A stretch of DNA of 53,565 nt, from IMG/VR virus record IMGVR_UViG_3300027728_001630, positions 1 to 53,565 of that record, one strand, 5' to 3'. Positions 17,191 through 27,700 of the stretch are shown piece after piece. A program made the position numbers and the translations under genes. The notes beneath the pieces were generated by a model. That model ran no database searches, was not told the origin of the DNA, and saw only the letters and a list, made by a program, of their open reading frames with translations. The stretch's first letter is position 1; each line of letters starts with the position of its first letter. The stretch is from a virus. Taxonomy: Duplodnaviria; Caudoviricetes.

Positions 17191-19911
17191 ATGTCTAGGT
17201 CCAGTCTTACGGCACCTTTCGTCGTGTTTAATGGCGGCGAAATCGGCAGCGAGACGCTGTCGCGCGTCACCCTTGAGAACTACGCGGCGTGCTCCGAGAC
17301 GTGCCTGAACATCTGGCTTGACGCCAACGGACCGATGGGGCTTCGCCCTGGGTTTGGGTTCCGGGCCGACCTCGGGACCGAGAAATTCAGGCTTCACCAC
17401 TTCGTGCGCTCCGTGCGCGAGAAGTTCATTCTGTGCCTCGGCGACCAAACCTTGCGCATCGCGACTGGCGACGCAGACGCCGACATCATCGCGCGTCCAA
17501 CGGCAGGTGCGACGATCACTAACGGGACGTTCGCCTCATCGTTGAGCGGATGGACGGACATATCCACGTCCGGGGCATCGGCAACGGTAGGCAGCGGGCG
17601 CCTGCTCCTCAACTCGAACGGCTCTGCGATCGCTGGTATCCGCCAGCAGGTCTCGACATCGACTCCGGACGTGCTGCACGCGCTGAACATTCACGTCCAC
17701 CACGGCCCGGTGATCCTGAAAGTCGGGTCGTCGGCCGGCGGCACGCAGTATATCGAAGAGCGCAAGCTGCGGACGGGGCATCATTCGCTGGCGTTCAGGC
17801 CAGTCGGATCGTTCTGGGTCGAGATAACATCGTCAGCCTATCGCCAGATTGAGGTCGAGACGATCGCGATCGCCAGCGCTGGCGATTTGATACTGGCCAC
17901 GCCGTGGGAGTCAGACGACCACCAGTCGCTGCGCTTCCACCAGACGCTCAACGTCATGTACGTTGCGATCAGCACCACGCGCCAAAGGCGCATAGAGCGC
18001 TGGGACAACAATTCGTGGAGCGTCACCGAGACCGAAGAGGTCGACGGTCCGTTCATGGACCCGAACACCGACAATTCACTGAGGCTCACCCCGTCCGTGC
18101 GTGTTGGCAACGGCACACTTGACGCATCGCGGGACTTCTTCAAAACGGGCCACGTCGGCGCACTATTCCGCCTCACTCACCCAGGGCAGTTCGAGTCTCG
18201 CGTCGTGTCGGGAGATGACCAATGGACCGACCCGGTTGAAGTGCAGGGCGTAGGCGGGTCCCGCGCACTGACGTTCACGGTCGGGACAGGCCTAACCGGG
18301 ACAGTTCGGATCCAGCGGTCGATCGGCAACACGACGTCGTGGGCCAACGCAACGACCTCGTCGTCGACCAGCGGTAGCGTCTCGGTTGCAACCGCCGGCA
18401 CAAGCTTCGCCCTGGCGTTCAACGACGGTCTCGACAACAACCGAGTGTTTTATCGGGTTGGCGTCGAGACCGGGGAATACACGTCAGGTAGCGCGACGGT
18501 CACGATCTTCCACGCTGGTTCGTCGACGGAAGGCATCGTTCGCGTGACGAACTACGTCAGCGCCACGCAAGTCTTGATGGAAGTCCTCGACAACTTGGCC
18601 CAAGCGACGTCGACCGAGAACTGGGAGGAGGGCGCGTGGAGCGACTATCGCGGCTGGCCGCGCGCCGTCACCGAGTTCGACGGCCGGCTGTGGACGCTGC
18701 GCTCGGACCGGTTCTGGGGGTCCTACTCGGGTGCCTATGAAAGCCATGAGCGAGACGATGGCAACTCGTCTGCAATTGCTCGAGATGTAGCAGTCGGAGC
18801 GGCCAACGAAGGCCAGTGGATGATCGGCCTCGGGCGATTGATCATCGGCACCGAGGGCGCCGAGGTTGTGGTGCGGTCGAACGCATTCGACGAGCCACTG
18901 TCGACGACCAACATGACGGTCCGCGAGATGTCGACCTATGGTGTCGGCGACATCCAGCCGATCAAGATCGACACGCGGTGTCTCTACATCGACAACTCCG
19001 GCTTTCACCTGATGGAGATCGTCTACAACGTCCAGCTCCAGGACTACGTGGCGCGGCCGTTGACGACGCTTCACCGTGACATCGGTCGGCCAAGTGTCAG
19101 CCAGCTTGCTGTCATGCGCCGGCCAGACAGCCGAGTGTGCGCCATCCGCGGCGATGGCCAGATGCTGCTCAAGCTGTTCGACCCGTCAGAGAACGTGCTC
19201 GGCTGGGGCCGGTGGTCGTCGCCAGGGGCTGGCGGCATCATCGAGTCGGTCACCACACTGCCGGGGGTTGGCGACAACCAGGACGAACTGTTCATCTCGG
19301 TCAAGCGCGTGGTAAACGGCCAGACGCGGCGGTATCTTGAGCGCCTTGGACCTCTTTACTACGAGACGAAGAACGTTGCTTGTCGGCTCGACAGCTACGT
19401 GGCGTATTCGGGTTCGCCTCGCACGACATTCGACGGGCTGGATCACCTGGAAGGGCAAACCGTCCAGGTCTGGGCCGATGGCTATTTTGCTGGTACGTTC
19501 GCGGTCTCGTCGGGCGACGTAATATTGCCGGCTGCAGCAAGCACTGCTGTCATCGGGCTCGGGTATCAAGGTTTCTACAAGGGCCCCAAGCTCGCGCTCG
19601 GCGCCAAGCAGGGCACTGCCCTCGCCCAACAGGGGCGCCCCGTCGACATCTGCTTCATCCTGCGCAAGACCATCCGCGGCGGCATCGAATATGGCTGCAG
19701 CTTCGATGTGATGGACCGCCTTGATGACCGGATGGAGAGCGATGATTATGGCTCGGGCCCGGCCTTGGTGACCGAAACGACCGATCCCTACACGGTTCCC
19801 GACAGCGAACTGCAGACCGACCCGCGCATGTGCATCCGGCTCAACTCCCCCGGTCCAGCCTGGATCGACGGGTTCGTTGTTGGCCACGAACTGAGCGAGC
19901 GCGTCCCATGA
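17191..19911 (+). CDS. tail tubular protein B / nozzle (T7 gp12-like)
   Basis: FNGGEI, N.....GP...RPG, GWPRAV..F.GRL motifs; about 906 aa; GGAG RBS before ATG 17191. Confidence 0.88.
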   Translation: MSRSSLTAPFVVFNGGEIGSETLSRVTLENYAACSETCLNIWLDANGPMGLRPGFGFRADLGTEKFRLHHFVRSVREKFILCLGDQTLRIATGDADADIIARPTAGATITNGTFASSLSGWTDISTSGASATVGSGRLLLNSNGSAIAGIRQQVSTSTPDVLHALNIHVHHGPVILKVGSSAGGTQYIEERKLRTGHHSLAFRPVGSFWVEITSSAYRQIEVETIAIASAGDLILATPWESDDHQSLRFHQTLNVMYVAISTTRQRRIERWDNNSWSVTETEEVDGPFMDPNTDNSLRLTPSVRVGNGTLDASRDFFKTGHVGALFRLTHPGQFESRVVSGDDQWTDPVEVQGVGGSRALTFTVGTGLTGTVRIQRSIGNTTSWANATTSSSTSGSVSVATAGTSFALAFNDGLDNNRVFYRVGVETGEYTSGSATVTIFHAGSSTEGIVRVTNYVSATQVLMEVLDNLAQATSTENWEEGAWSDYRGWPRAVTEFDGRLWTLRSDRFWGSYSGAYESHERDDGNSSAIARDVAVGAANEGQWMIGLGRLIIGTEGAEVVVRSNAFDEPLSTTNMTVREMSTYGVGDIQPIKIDTRCLYIDNSGFHLMEIVYNVQLQDYVARPLTTLHRDIGRPSVSQLAVMRRPDSRVCAIRGDGQMLLKLFDPSENVLGWGRWSSPGAGGIIESVTTLPGVGDNQDELFISVKRVVNGQTRRYLERLGPLYYETKNVACRLDSYVAYSGSPRTTFDGLDHLEGQTVQVWADGYFAGTFAVSSGDVILPAAASTAVIGLGYQGFYKGPKLALGAKQGTALAQQGRPVDICFILRKTIRGGIEYGCSFDVMDRLDDRMESDDYGSGPALVTETTDPYTVPDSELQTDPRMCIRLNSPGPAWIDGFVVGHELSERVP

Positions 19912-20357
19912 CGAACTGGTTAGACAAGTTCAACACGCCGCCAGAGGGCTACGAGTTCCGCCAGTATCACCCGTCAGACGGCGTTGAGATCGAAGAGGTG
20001 CTGTTTGATGTGTTCGGCGGCACGATGACGAAGGACGGCAAGCCGGTCGCCTACGCCGGGTTCAGCACGATCCAGGATCGGGTGTGGGCGTCGTTCTTCA
20101 TCCACGACCAGAACATACGTAATCACGGGCTGTGGCTGATCCGGCTGATCCGCGAGAGCATCGCCATGATCCGCGATAGCGGCGCGCGCGAGGTCTACGT
20201 CCTGTGTGACACCCGCATGCCGAACGCCGAAGCGTTCCTCAGGGTTCTCGGGTTCAAACCACTGAAGGCCATGGAGAAGCCTGCCGACATCATCCTGTAC
20301 GAGGGGTTGATGGGCGGGTTCAAGGCGTGGCGCATCCGCTTCGAGGAGAACAACTAA
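19908..20357 (+). CDS. GNAT-fold protein (T7 gp13-like position)
   Basis: ATGA overlap; A..FLRVLGF motif. Confidence 0.65.
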   Translation: MTNWLDKFNTPPEGYEFRQYHPSDGVEIEEVLFDVFGGTMTKDGKPVAYAGFSTIQDRVWASFFIHDQNIRNHGLWLIRLIRESIAMIRDSGAREVYVLCDTRMPNAEAFLRVLGFKPLKAMEKPADIILYEGLMGGFKAWRIRFEENN

Positions 20358-20900
20358 ATGGCAGGACTAGCTCTCATAGCCCCGCTGATCAGCGGAATCG
20401 CCAGCGCCGCCGGCGCGGTTATGTCCGCTCAAGGGCAAGCGGACGCGCAAGAGGCACAGGCAAACATCAAAGACGCTGAAGCCCAGGCTCAACTTCGCCA
20501 GGGGCTCGAAGACTCGGCGATCAAGCAGCGCGAAGCGCAGCAACAAGAGCGCAAGACGAAGAAGATCCTTTCCGACCAGCGGGCAGGCTTCGCCAACAGC
20601 GGCGGCGGCATCGATTCCGGCTCTGCCCTTCAGGTTGCCACGGACACGGCCGAGCGCGGTATTCTGAACCGCGACGCGACGATCTGGGAGGGTGAGGAAG
20701 CCCGGGCCGGTCGGCAGAGCCAAGCCAACATCCTCGTGTATGAAGCCGAGCAGTATCGCAAGGCCGCCCAGACGACGCGCACGGCCGGTGTGATTTCGGG
20801 TGTGTCGGGCGTGTTCGGCAGTGGCGGTGGCGCTTTCAAGGGCAGCGGCGGTAGCAGTTCGGGCGGTAGTTATTACTACGATCCCATCAAGACTGGTTGA
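20358..20900 (+). CDS. internal virion/ejection protein (gp14-like)
   Basis: Hydrophobic Gly/Ala N-terminus, coiled coil, QRA.FA.SG...SGSA motif. Confidence 0.75.
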   Translation: MAGLALIAPLISGIASAAGAVMSAQGQADAQEAQANIKDAEAQAQLRQGLEDSAIKQREAQQQERKTKKILSDQRAGFANSGGGIDSGSALQVATDTAERGILNRDATIWEGEEARAGRQSQANILVYEAEQYRKAAQTTRTAGVISGVSGVFGSGGGAFKGSGGSSSGGSYYYDPIKTG

Positions 20901-20905
20901 GGTCC

Positions 20906-23900
20906 ATGGCGCGAATTCCAGATCAGAACGCGATCGCCGACCACCGTTGGCAAGACACGCGCAAGATGGAGACCTACGATGCGTCCGCAGCGCAGGCTCC
21001 CGGCAAGGCGCAGGCTGCCCTGGGCTTGAGCATCGCGAACCTCGGCAAGTCGCTCGGCGGTCTTCTGGCTGCTGCTGGGAAAGAGGACGAGAAGCGCCAG
21101 GAATACGAGACGACGGTCAAGTTCCTGGACTTTGACCTGAAACAGAAAGAACGGTTGGCCGACGCTGAGCGCAACATCCACCCCGAAGGGGATGGATTCC
21201 GCGAGAGTTACGTCAAGGCATTTGATGCCGACGCGCGGGAGTGGTTCAAGGGCGTGCCCGAGGCCAAGAAGGGCGAATACGACGTCAAGCTCCGCAGGAT
21301 GGCGACGGAGCGCGAGTGGCAAGCGCGCAACATCGAGACGAAGCAGCGGGACAACTACCACATCGCCGACGTGCAGGGCGGTCTTGATGGCGAGCTGAAG
21401 ATCCTGGACAAAGACCCCGACAGACTGCGGGACTCGATCGGTCGCGGTATGGTCCGTATTGAGTCCTCGCGCCTACCGGTAAACCGCAAGGAAGAGATCA
21501 AGAAAGAATTCGCCACCTCGGCCGAGAAGCGCCACATCGAATCCAGGCTGCAGCGCGGTGACGATCCCGACGAAGTGCTCCGAGACATCCGCACATACCC
21601 GACGCGGCCGCCCGATGGCGTTCGGTACGATGATGGGCCGCAGGGTGGCGGCGGTCCGGTCGAGAAAGATCCGAAAGCCTATCTGCAATCGCGCCTTGCG
21701 CCGGGCTACGAGAAGCGCACGTCGGACATCGACAACCTTCATCCCGTGATGACAGACCGGCTCGCTGCGCTGACAGCAGCCGCGCAAGAGGCTGGCCACG
21801 ACGTTCGTATCATCTCTGGTCATCGCGATGCTGGCCGCCAAGCGGTGCTCTGGGATAACGCACTCAAGAAGTACGGCTCGGCATCGGAAGCGCGCAAGCA
21901 CGTTGCACCCCCAGGCGGCTCAAGCCATCAAAGTGGCGAGGCAGTGGACCTACAGTACGGCGATCGTGGCGCTGGCCTTGGCGGCAAGCGAACAGCAGCG
22001 GTTGAATGGGTTCACTCCAATGCCAAGAAGTTCGGCCTGAATTTCCCGCTTGACCATGAAGACTGGCACATTGAGCCGGTCGAAGCCCGGCAGGGTGGCA
22101 AGCGGTACGGCGGCAACTACGATACCAGCAAGACGTACTGGCAGGGTGGCTCGCGGCCGTCTCCGGCTGGTGGCGGAAACGAAATCACACCAAAACTCTC
22201 GGCGTACTCGCCCCAGAAACCGGGCTCCGACATCGCCAAAATGGAGGGTGGATACGCCGCTGCTCGGAAAGGGCCAGACGGCAAGGCCGAGGTTCGCACA
22301 CTCGACGATGTTGCCAGTGGCCGATCTCAATACATCACGCTTGCTGGCAATCCAAACCAGTACGGCAAGAAGTACACGATACCCGAGATCACGTTCATCG
22401 GGCCAGACGGCAAAGAGCAGACGCTCAAGAATGTCCAGGGCGTGGTCCACGATACGGGCGGCCGCTTCAAGACGGCTGCAGCCGATCGGTTCGACGTCCC
22501 GGTTGCGCGTGACATTGGCGACAAGGAGATGGCGTCGCAGCCGTTCCTCAAGTCGGGCGTCAAGTTCATCCCGGATGATGGCAAGGCCGTCGCTCAGTCG
22601 CCACCGCTAGAGCAGCGCGGGATGACGGCAGGCATGCGGCCGCCGGCGCAAGCGAACGCCCAGGTCGCCGACGCATCCGGCAAGATGTCAGATGGCGTGG
22701 TGTCTGAGATAAACTCTCGCGGCCAAGTCTCGACGATCCTCGACGGTATAGACGGCGATCAACCGCTATCTACCGTTCCAGCCGACACCCGCGCCAAGCT
22801 CATGGCCATCCTTCCAAAGGATGCCGAGAAGCAATTCACCATGCCGGACGGCACCAAGGCGTCCGCGATGGACGTCGTCACCGTCGGCCAGATCAAGAAA
22901 GCGTTCGCAGCGCCCGCCGAGCAAGCGCGCGATGCTGCTGCCGTCGCGGGCTCGGTTCAGCGCGACGACCACGGGGATGGAAGACCAGACTCAGGACCAA
23001 GGTACTCAGACAACGCCCCGTACCGGTGGTTGTCCAACAAAGACCGCGAGCTCATGGCTGGCAAGGCGGTCATCGCCCAACGCGAGATTACCATCAAGGC
23101 AGGCGAGGACGAAGCCCAGCGCATTGCCCAGTCGGGACAGGGCAAGGTCTACGAAGACGGCTCGACCTACCTCGAAAAGGCGCAGCGTGTCCTGACGCGC
23201 AACCAGTTCGAGAAGCAAAAGGCCAAGATCGAAAAGGCCCAGTGGCAGTTCAACGTCCTGAGCCCGTTGCCGAATATGTCCGAGGCGGAGCGCGCGCGCC
23301 ATCTTGAGTCGGTCGGCGAGCAGATCGAAGCGACCAAGTTTGATCCAGGCTATGCGGATCGGTCGAAGGTTTATGAAGCTGCGGTTAAGACTGCGGAAAA
23401 GATGAACGAATTGCTTGGCAAGGATGCCGCAGCCGCGATGGCAGGCAGCGAAGAAGTCAAGAGCGTAATTGCGCAGATCAAAGGAGCCAAGGGTAAGACC
23501 ATGGCGGTCGGCACCGGTTCTGATGGGCAGCCCTCAGTCACGCAAGAAACGATCAAGATGAGCGCAAACGAGGCTCGTGTCGCTTTAGTCGAGGCCAGAC
23601 TTGCCGCTCAAGAGCGGATATTTGGGGATGCGCGCGACCCACGCACCAGGATCATCACCAAGGCGGAAGCCCTGCAGTTGCTGCCGATCGGCCGCCTTAG
23701 CGATATGGACGAAAAAGAGCTTCTGGATGTCCTGAAAGAGGGTGCCGCCAGAGCCGATCGCGCCTACGGCAAATACTCCAGAGAAGCATTCGACGACGCC
23801 GTCAAACTGCTGATCACAACCAAGACGGGGAAAGACGAAGCTGCTGGCGTGCTCCAGAAGATGGTTCGCAACGAACCTCTGTCGGCAATGGACATGCAGC

Positions 23901-24394
23901 GCCAAGCGATGGTCCAGCAGATGGATCCGATCAAATCGTTCCTCAACCCATCTCCGCCAAGTAGCATGAATGGGTTCGGGTTCAATGGTGCTAACCCGCC
24001 AGCAAAGCCAGCGGCCGCCGCGCCAGCAAAGCCAGCGGCCGCCGCTCCGGCGAAAGAGCCGACGACCTGGATGGGCAGCATGAGCGGGTTCGGGTTCAAT
24101 GGTGACAACCCGCCAGCAAAGCAGGCGAAGGCGCCAGCAGGACCAGCCCAACCCGTGCAAGGCATCGGGAGCGCGCCTGCTGTTGTGCCAAGCGACGGCC
24201 GCCGTCCGGCGATCGCCAATCAGCCAATGGCAGGCGCAACGCCAACGATCAAGGATGTGGAGTGGCTGTTGCAGAACCCGGCCGCGCGTGCTGCTGGCTT
24301 TGATAAGGGGTTCGGCCCTGGATCGTCAAAGGCGCTGATGGAGTTCCTGCAGAAGAACGGCCCAGCCATGGGGCTAGGACAGCAGGGGCGGTGA
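20906..24394 (+). CDS. internal virion protein with M15 peptidase and 3D-type lytic domains
   Basis: SGHR...Q..LW, PPGGSSHQSGEAVD, EDWH (M15); SAYSP...DTGG...RFDV (3D); GAGGT RBS before ATG 20906. Confidence 0.8.
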   Translation: MARIPDQNAIADHRWQDTRKMETYDASAAQAPGKAQAALGLSIANLGKSLGGLLAAAGKEDEKRQEYETTVKFLDFDLKQKERLADAERNIHPEGDGFRESYVKAFDADAREWFKGVPEAKKGEYDVKLRRMATEREWQARNIETKQRDNYHIADVQGGLDGELKILDKDPDRLRDSIGRGMVRIESSRLPVNRKEEIKKEFATSAEKRHIESRLQRGDDPDEVLRDIRTYPTRPPDGVRYDDGPQGGGGPVEKDPKAYLQSRLAPGYEKRTSDIDNLHPVMTDRLAALTAAAQEAGHDVRIISGHRDAGRQAVLWDNALKKYGSASEARKHVAPPGGSSHQSGEAVDLQYGDRGAGLGGKRTAAVEWVHSNAKKFGLNFPLDHEDWHIEPVEARQGGKRYGGNYDTSKTYWQGGSRPSPAGGGNEITPKLSAYSPQKPGSDIAKMEGGYAAARKGPDGKAEVRTLDDVASGRSQYITLAGNPNQYGKKYTIPEITFIGPDGKEQTLKNVQGVVHDTGGRFKTAAADRFDVPVARDIGDKEMASQPFLKSGVKFIPDDGKAVAQSPPLEQRGMTAGMRPPAQANAQVADASGKMSDGVVSEINSRGQVSTILDGIDGDQPLSTVPADTRAKLMAILPKDAEKQFTMPDGTKASAMDVVTVGQIKKAFAAPAEQARDAAAVAGSVQRDDHGDGRPDSGPRYSDNAPYRWLSNKDRELMAGKAVIAQREITIKAGEDEAQRIAQSGQGKVYEDGSTYLEKAQRVLTRNQFEKQKAKIEKAQWQFNVLSPLPNMSEAERARHLESVGEQIEATKFDPGYADRSKVYEAAVKTAEKMNELLGKDAAAAMAGSEEVKSVIAQIKGAKGKTMAVGTGSDGQPSVTQETIKMSANEARVALVEARLAAQERIFGDARDPRTRIITKAEALQLLPIGRLSDMDEKELLDVLKEGAARADRAYGKYSREAFDDAVKLLITTKTGKDEAAGVLQKMVRNEPLSAMDMQRQAMVQQMDPIKSFLNPSPPSSMNGFGFNGANPPAKPAAAAPAKPAAAAPAKEPTTWMGSMSGFGFNGDNPPAKQAKAPAGPAQPVQGIGSAPAVVPSDGRRPAIANQPMAGATPTIKDVEWLLQNPAARAAGFDKGFGPGSSKALMEFLQKNGPAMGLGQQGR
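23963..24122 (+). repeat. intragenic duplication (SMxGFGFNGxNPPAK x2; PAKPAAAA x2)
   Basis: Repeated at both DNA and protein level. Confidence 0.8.
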
Positions 24395-24544
24395 TCTAGC
24401 TGCGGCGCGAGCGCCGCGGCCAATAGCTGCCTCGCCACATGGGCGCATGGTCAAGGCGCGGTGCGAAGCCGCCGCACCACACACTGTAAAGCGTGAAAGT
24501 TCGCGTCGAGTAGTCGCCGAGTGGTAGCTCGACAGGATAACGTC

Positions 24545-24622
24545 TCAAGTTCGCCGATAGACGATCGTGAGACCCCATAAGTAAAGCGCCAGAGCGAAGC
24601 TACGCAGTGCGATTTCCATCAT
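24545..24622 (-). CDS. 25-aa hydrophobic peptide MMEIALRSFALALYLWGLTIVYRRT
   Basis: Strong GGGAGG RBS; single TM-like segment with basic tail. Confidence 0.5.
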   Translation of the reverse strand: MMEIALRSFALALYLWGLTIVYRRT

Positions 24623-24699
24623 CGGCCTCCCGTCAGGTTGGTTGATAGGCACTCGATAGACGCTTGATAGACATCTAGTACGCTATCCGACCTACCCGC

Positions 24700-24735
24700 A
24701 AGCCCCGCCCTCACCGGTGGGGCTTTTGTTGTTTT
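24700..24735 (+). terminator. intrinsic terminator immediately upstream of the giant gene
   Basis: AAGCCCCGCC/GGTGGGGCTT stem followed by TTGTTGTTTT. Confidence 0.65.
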
Positions 24736-24750
24736 CGACAGGACTATCAA

Positions 24751-27700
24751 ATGACGTCAACGACCGACAGCATGGACGAAATGCCCCCGTCGTTCCGCGA
24801 TGCGGAGCCTGCTGCCGATCAAGGACAATTCTCGACGCCGTCAGTGGTCTCGACGACGGGCGACGACGGCACGCCGCCGTCGCTTGCTGGTGCTGCACCC
24901 GGTCCAAGCGGAGCAAGCGCACCGAATTTCTTTTCCCCGACGGTCGAGTCCGCCGCACCGAATTTCTTTTCCCCGACGTTCGAGTCCGCAAAGGCGGACG
25001 GGTCGCTGGACGACGTCATCTACTCCAAGCTGATCCAGGCCGATACGGACCGGGTTACCAAAGGCGAGCGCCTAATTGACGGGCTGTTTGGTTACTTTGG
25101 TGTTGCCGACCCCAGTCGGCAGGCTGAGATCATCGCAGGCAAGGAGGCCGAGCTAAAGGCGATGTCCACTATGGACATGCTAGGTCTCATCCCAAGTCCA
25201 GCGCGCTTGCTGTACGGCATCGCCACGTCCGGCAGCACCAAGCCGATCCCGGAAGCCCTGGCCGAGGTGCTCGCTAGCCAGATGGGCGGGACGCTGGCGG
25301 CCTCCCGCAAGAAAACGTCCGACATCATCACGGCGGCGCGGAAGAACCCCGAGCGTGGCATCACAGACGACACGGTCTTCGGTGTTGCCCGTGCGGCGGC
25401 CGATGCCGGCATCCAGTCCGTTGTCGACATTCCCGTGTCGGTCGTCGAGGGCATTGGCATCGGTGCGTCGGTTGCTGGCTGGTCATTCGGCGCTGCCGAC
25501 CGGGTTGAAGACAATTCGGTCCAGGCCGTCGCCCGATGGGCGCGCGCTCAGGCCAAGGCGGCATTCCCCGGCGATCCGCTTCGCCAGGAAGACTTTGCCG
25601 TCATGCTGGCGCAAGGCGTCGGCTCCACGGCCGGGTTCTATGGTGTCCACGCCGGCGCTATGGCAGCCGGACTGAAGACACTGCCGGCGATGCTGGTAAC
25701 GGGCACGATCGGCGGCTTGGCAACGTCACCGCAGACCTACAACGATGCACTGAAGTCGCGCAAAGAGGGGCGCGAGGTGTCGGAACTGGCTCTTGCCTTA
25801 GCCTACGGAGGTGGCCTTGCTCTCGGCGGGGCCGAGGCATTGCCGATAGCGTTCAACATTCCACTCCCTGCTGTTGCCAAAAGCCGGGTGATGGCCTTGC
25901 TCCAAACCGTCGGCCGTGAAGCGGCCGAGGAAGGCGCGCAAGAGTTGGTCCAGTCTGTCGGGCAGGACCTGCTGGCCTATTATCTTCACGACCCAACGCG
26001 GCGCGTCGGCGACGATGCAAGCATGAGCATGCTGGTCGGCGCCCTATCGGGCGGCGGCATCAAGGCGGCAACCTTTGCATCAAAGGCAGCGCGCGACCGC
26101 GCCGTTGAGGAAGCCCGTCAGGCTGGCGGTATGCCACCGGTTGCCACCCAAGCCACACCCCAGGCATCACCCAAGACGCCGGGCAAGGGTGTCATCGACC
26201 TTGAAGCCTTAGGCAATGGCTTCCCCGCACCTCAAACGCCAGCCCCGGCGGCCAGCACGCTCGCCCCCGAAGACCGACTCCAGTTCTCAGACATTCGAGA
26301 CAGCCTGCCGAAGAACGAGCGCGGCGACGGTGACACGGCCTACCTCTACCAACTGACGGAACACCTGACCGGCAAGCGGTACTGGAACACGCTCGACGAC
26401 GCGGAGCGCGAGATTGTGTTTGGCGCATTGCGCCAGCCGGACTTTGGCCGGTCGCTTTTGGCGGTCGATCCCGCTCAGGTCCAGGCCGCAGCAGCCGGTG
26501 CCGTTCCAACCGCCACGAGCGCGGCAACGTCGCAGTCCGCACCGCCCGGCCGTGCCGCATCGCCCGCGCAGACCCCAGCAGCACCGGCCGCCGCAGGCCG
26601 CTCCCCGGCTACCGCGCCAGCGCAAGACCTGTTGCCAGCAGGCAAGGTCCCAGACGCGGCGATGGTCAAGCAAGTTCAGCGGGAAACCGCAGAGGCCGAT
26701 GAAGTCGCTGTTCTCGAGCGTGCGCGCGAAACGTCTGTCCCGCCGCCGCCCGGCGAAGACGGCCAGGTCTACACGCTCGGTTCATCGCAGGAATTCGACC
26801 GGGCGCTGAACGCCGCCAACCGCGAGCTCGCAACCGCTCAAGCAGCGCTTGAGGTTGCCGAAGCCAACATGAACGCGGCCAAACCCGCAAAGAAACGATC
26901 GGCTGGAAACGCGTTCGTTGCGGCCCGAACCGCAGTCGAAGATATAGAGCTTGAAATCGATGGGCTGACCAAGGGCCGCGAGCAAGCAGCCGCTGCCGAG
27001 GCAGCACAGGGCGATATGTTCGACCCTGCAGTTCAGGCTGCGCAAGCGCTCTATGACGCCAAGCGTCCTGCAGCGGATTGGTCGGTCGAGGCGATCGTTG
27101 CCGGCGCTGCAACCGGCCTTGTCCGGATCGATCCCGAGGGTGTGCCGCGGCGCGCGGCTGAGCCCGAAGGGCCAGAATTCGACCCTGTTGCAGCCGAGTT
27201 GGATGATGCTCGCCGCAAGATGAACCAGATCGCACGGGCAGCCGGTGGCAAATTGCGGCCGGCGCGGTTCGGCGAGATGCACGCCGACGGCGATCCGGTT
27301 GCTATTCGCATGCTGGTCGAGGGATTGCGCGCCATGCCCGAGGCTGCACTTACCGAACGGTTCGGCGACGTCGCCCGCCTTACGCGCGCGCGAAACCATG
27401 AAGTGAAGGTCGCCCGGGTTGCTCAAGGACTGATGGCAGCCGAGCTTGCCGCGCAAGACGAGGACTACAAGCTGTCGAGCCAGGCTCGAGACCTGATCGA
27501 GCAGACGGTCGAGGATGCGTTCAAGGCGGTTCCGGTCGAAGAGACGGTCGAGAAGGTGGCAGTCGACACGGGCATTGCGGCTGTGATCGACGAAGTCGAG
27601 AAGGTCACAAAGCACATTGACCCGGTCGATGTGGCCAGGACCGTCGGCGGTATGAAGGTTATCGTCAACTCCCTCAATCTGGACGACCTGCGAGCCCAGT

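Noticed and set aside
24916-24990. Duplicated APNFFSPT.ES in the giant protein N-terminus
   Set aside because: Simple two-copy intragenic duplication with no further signal
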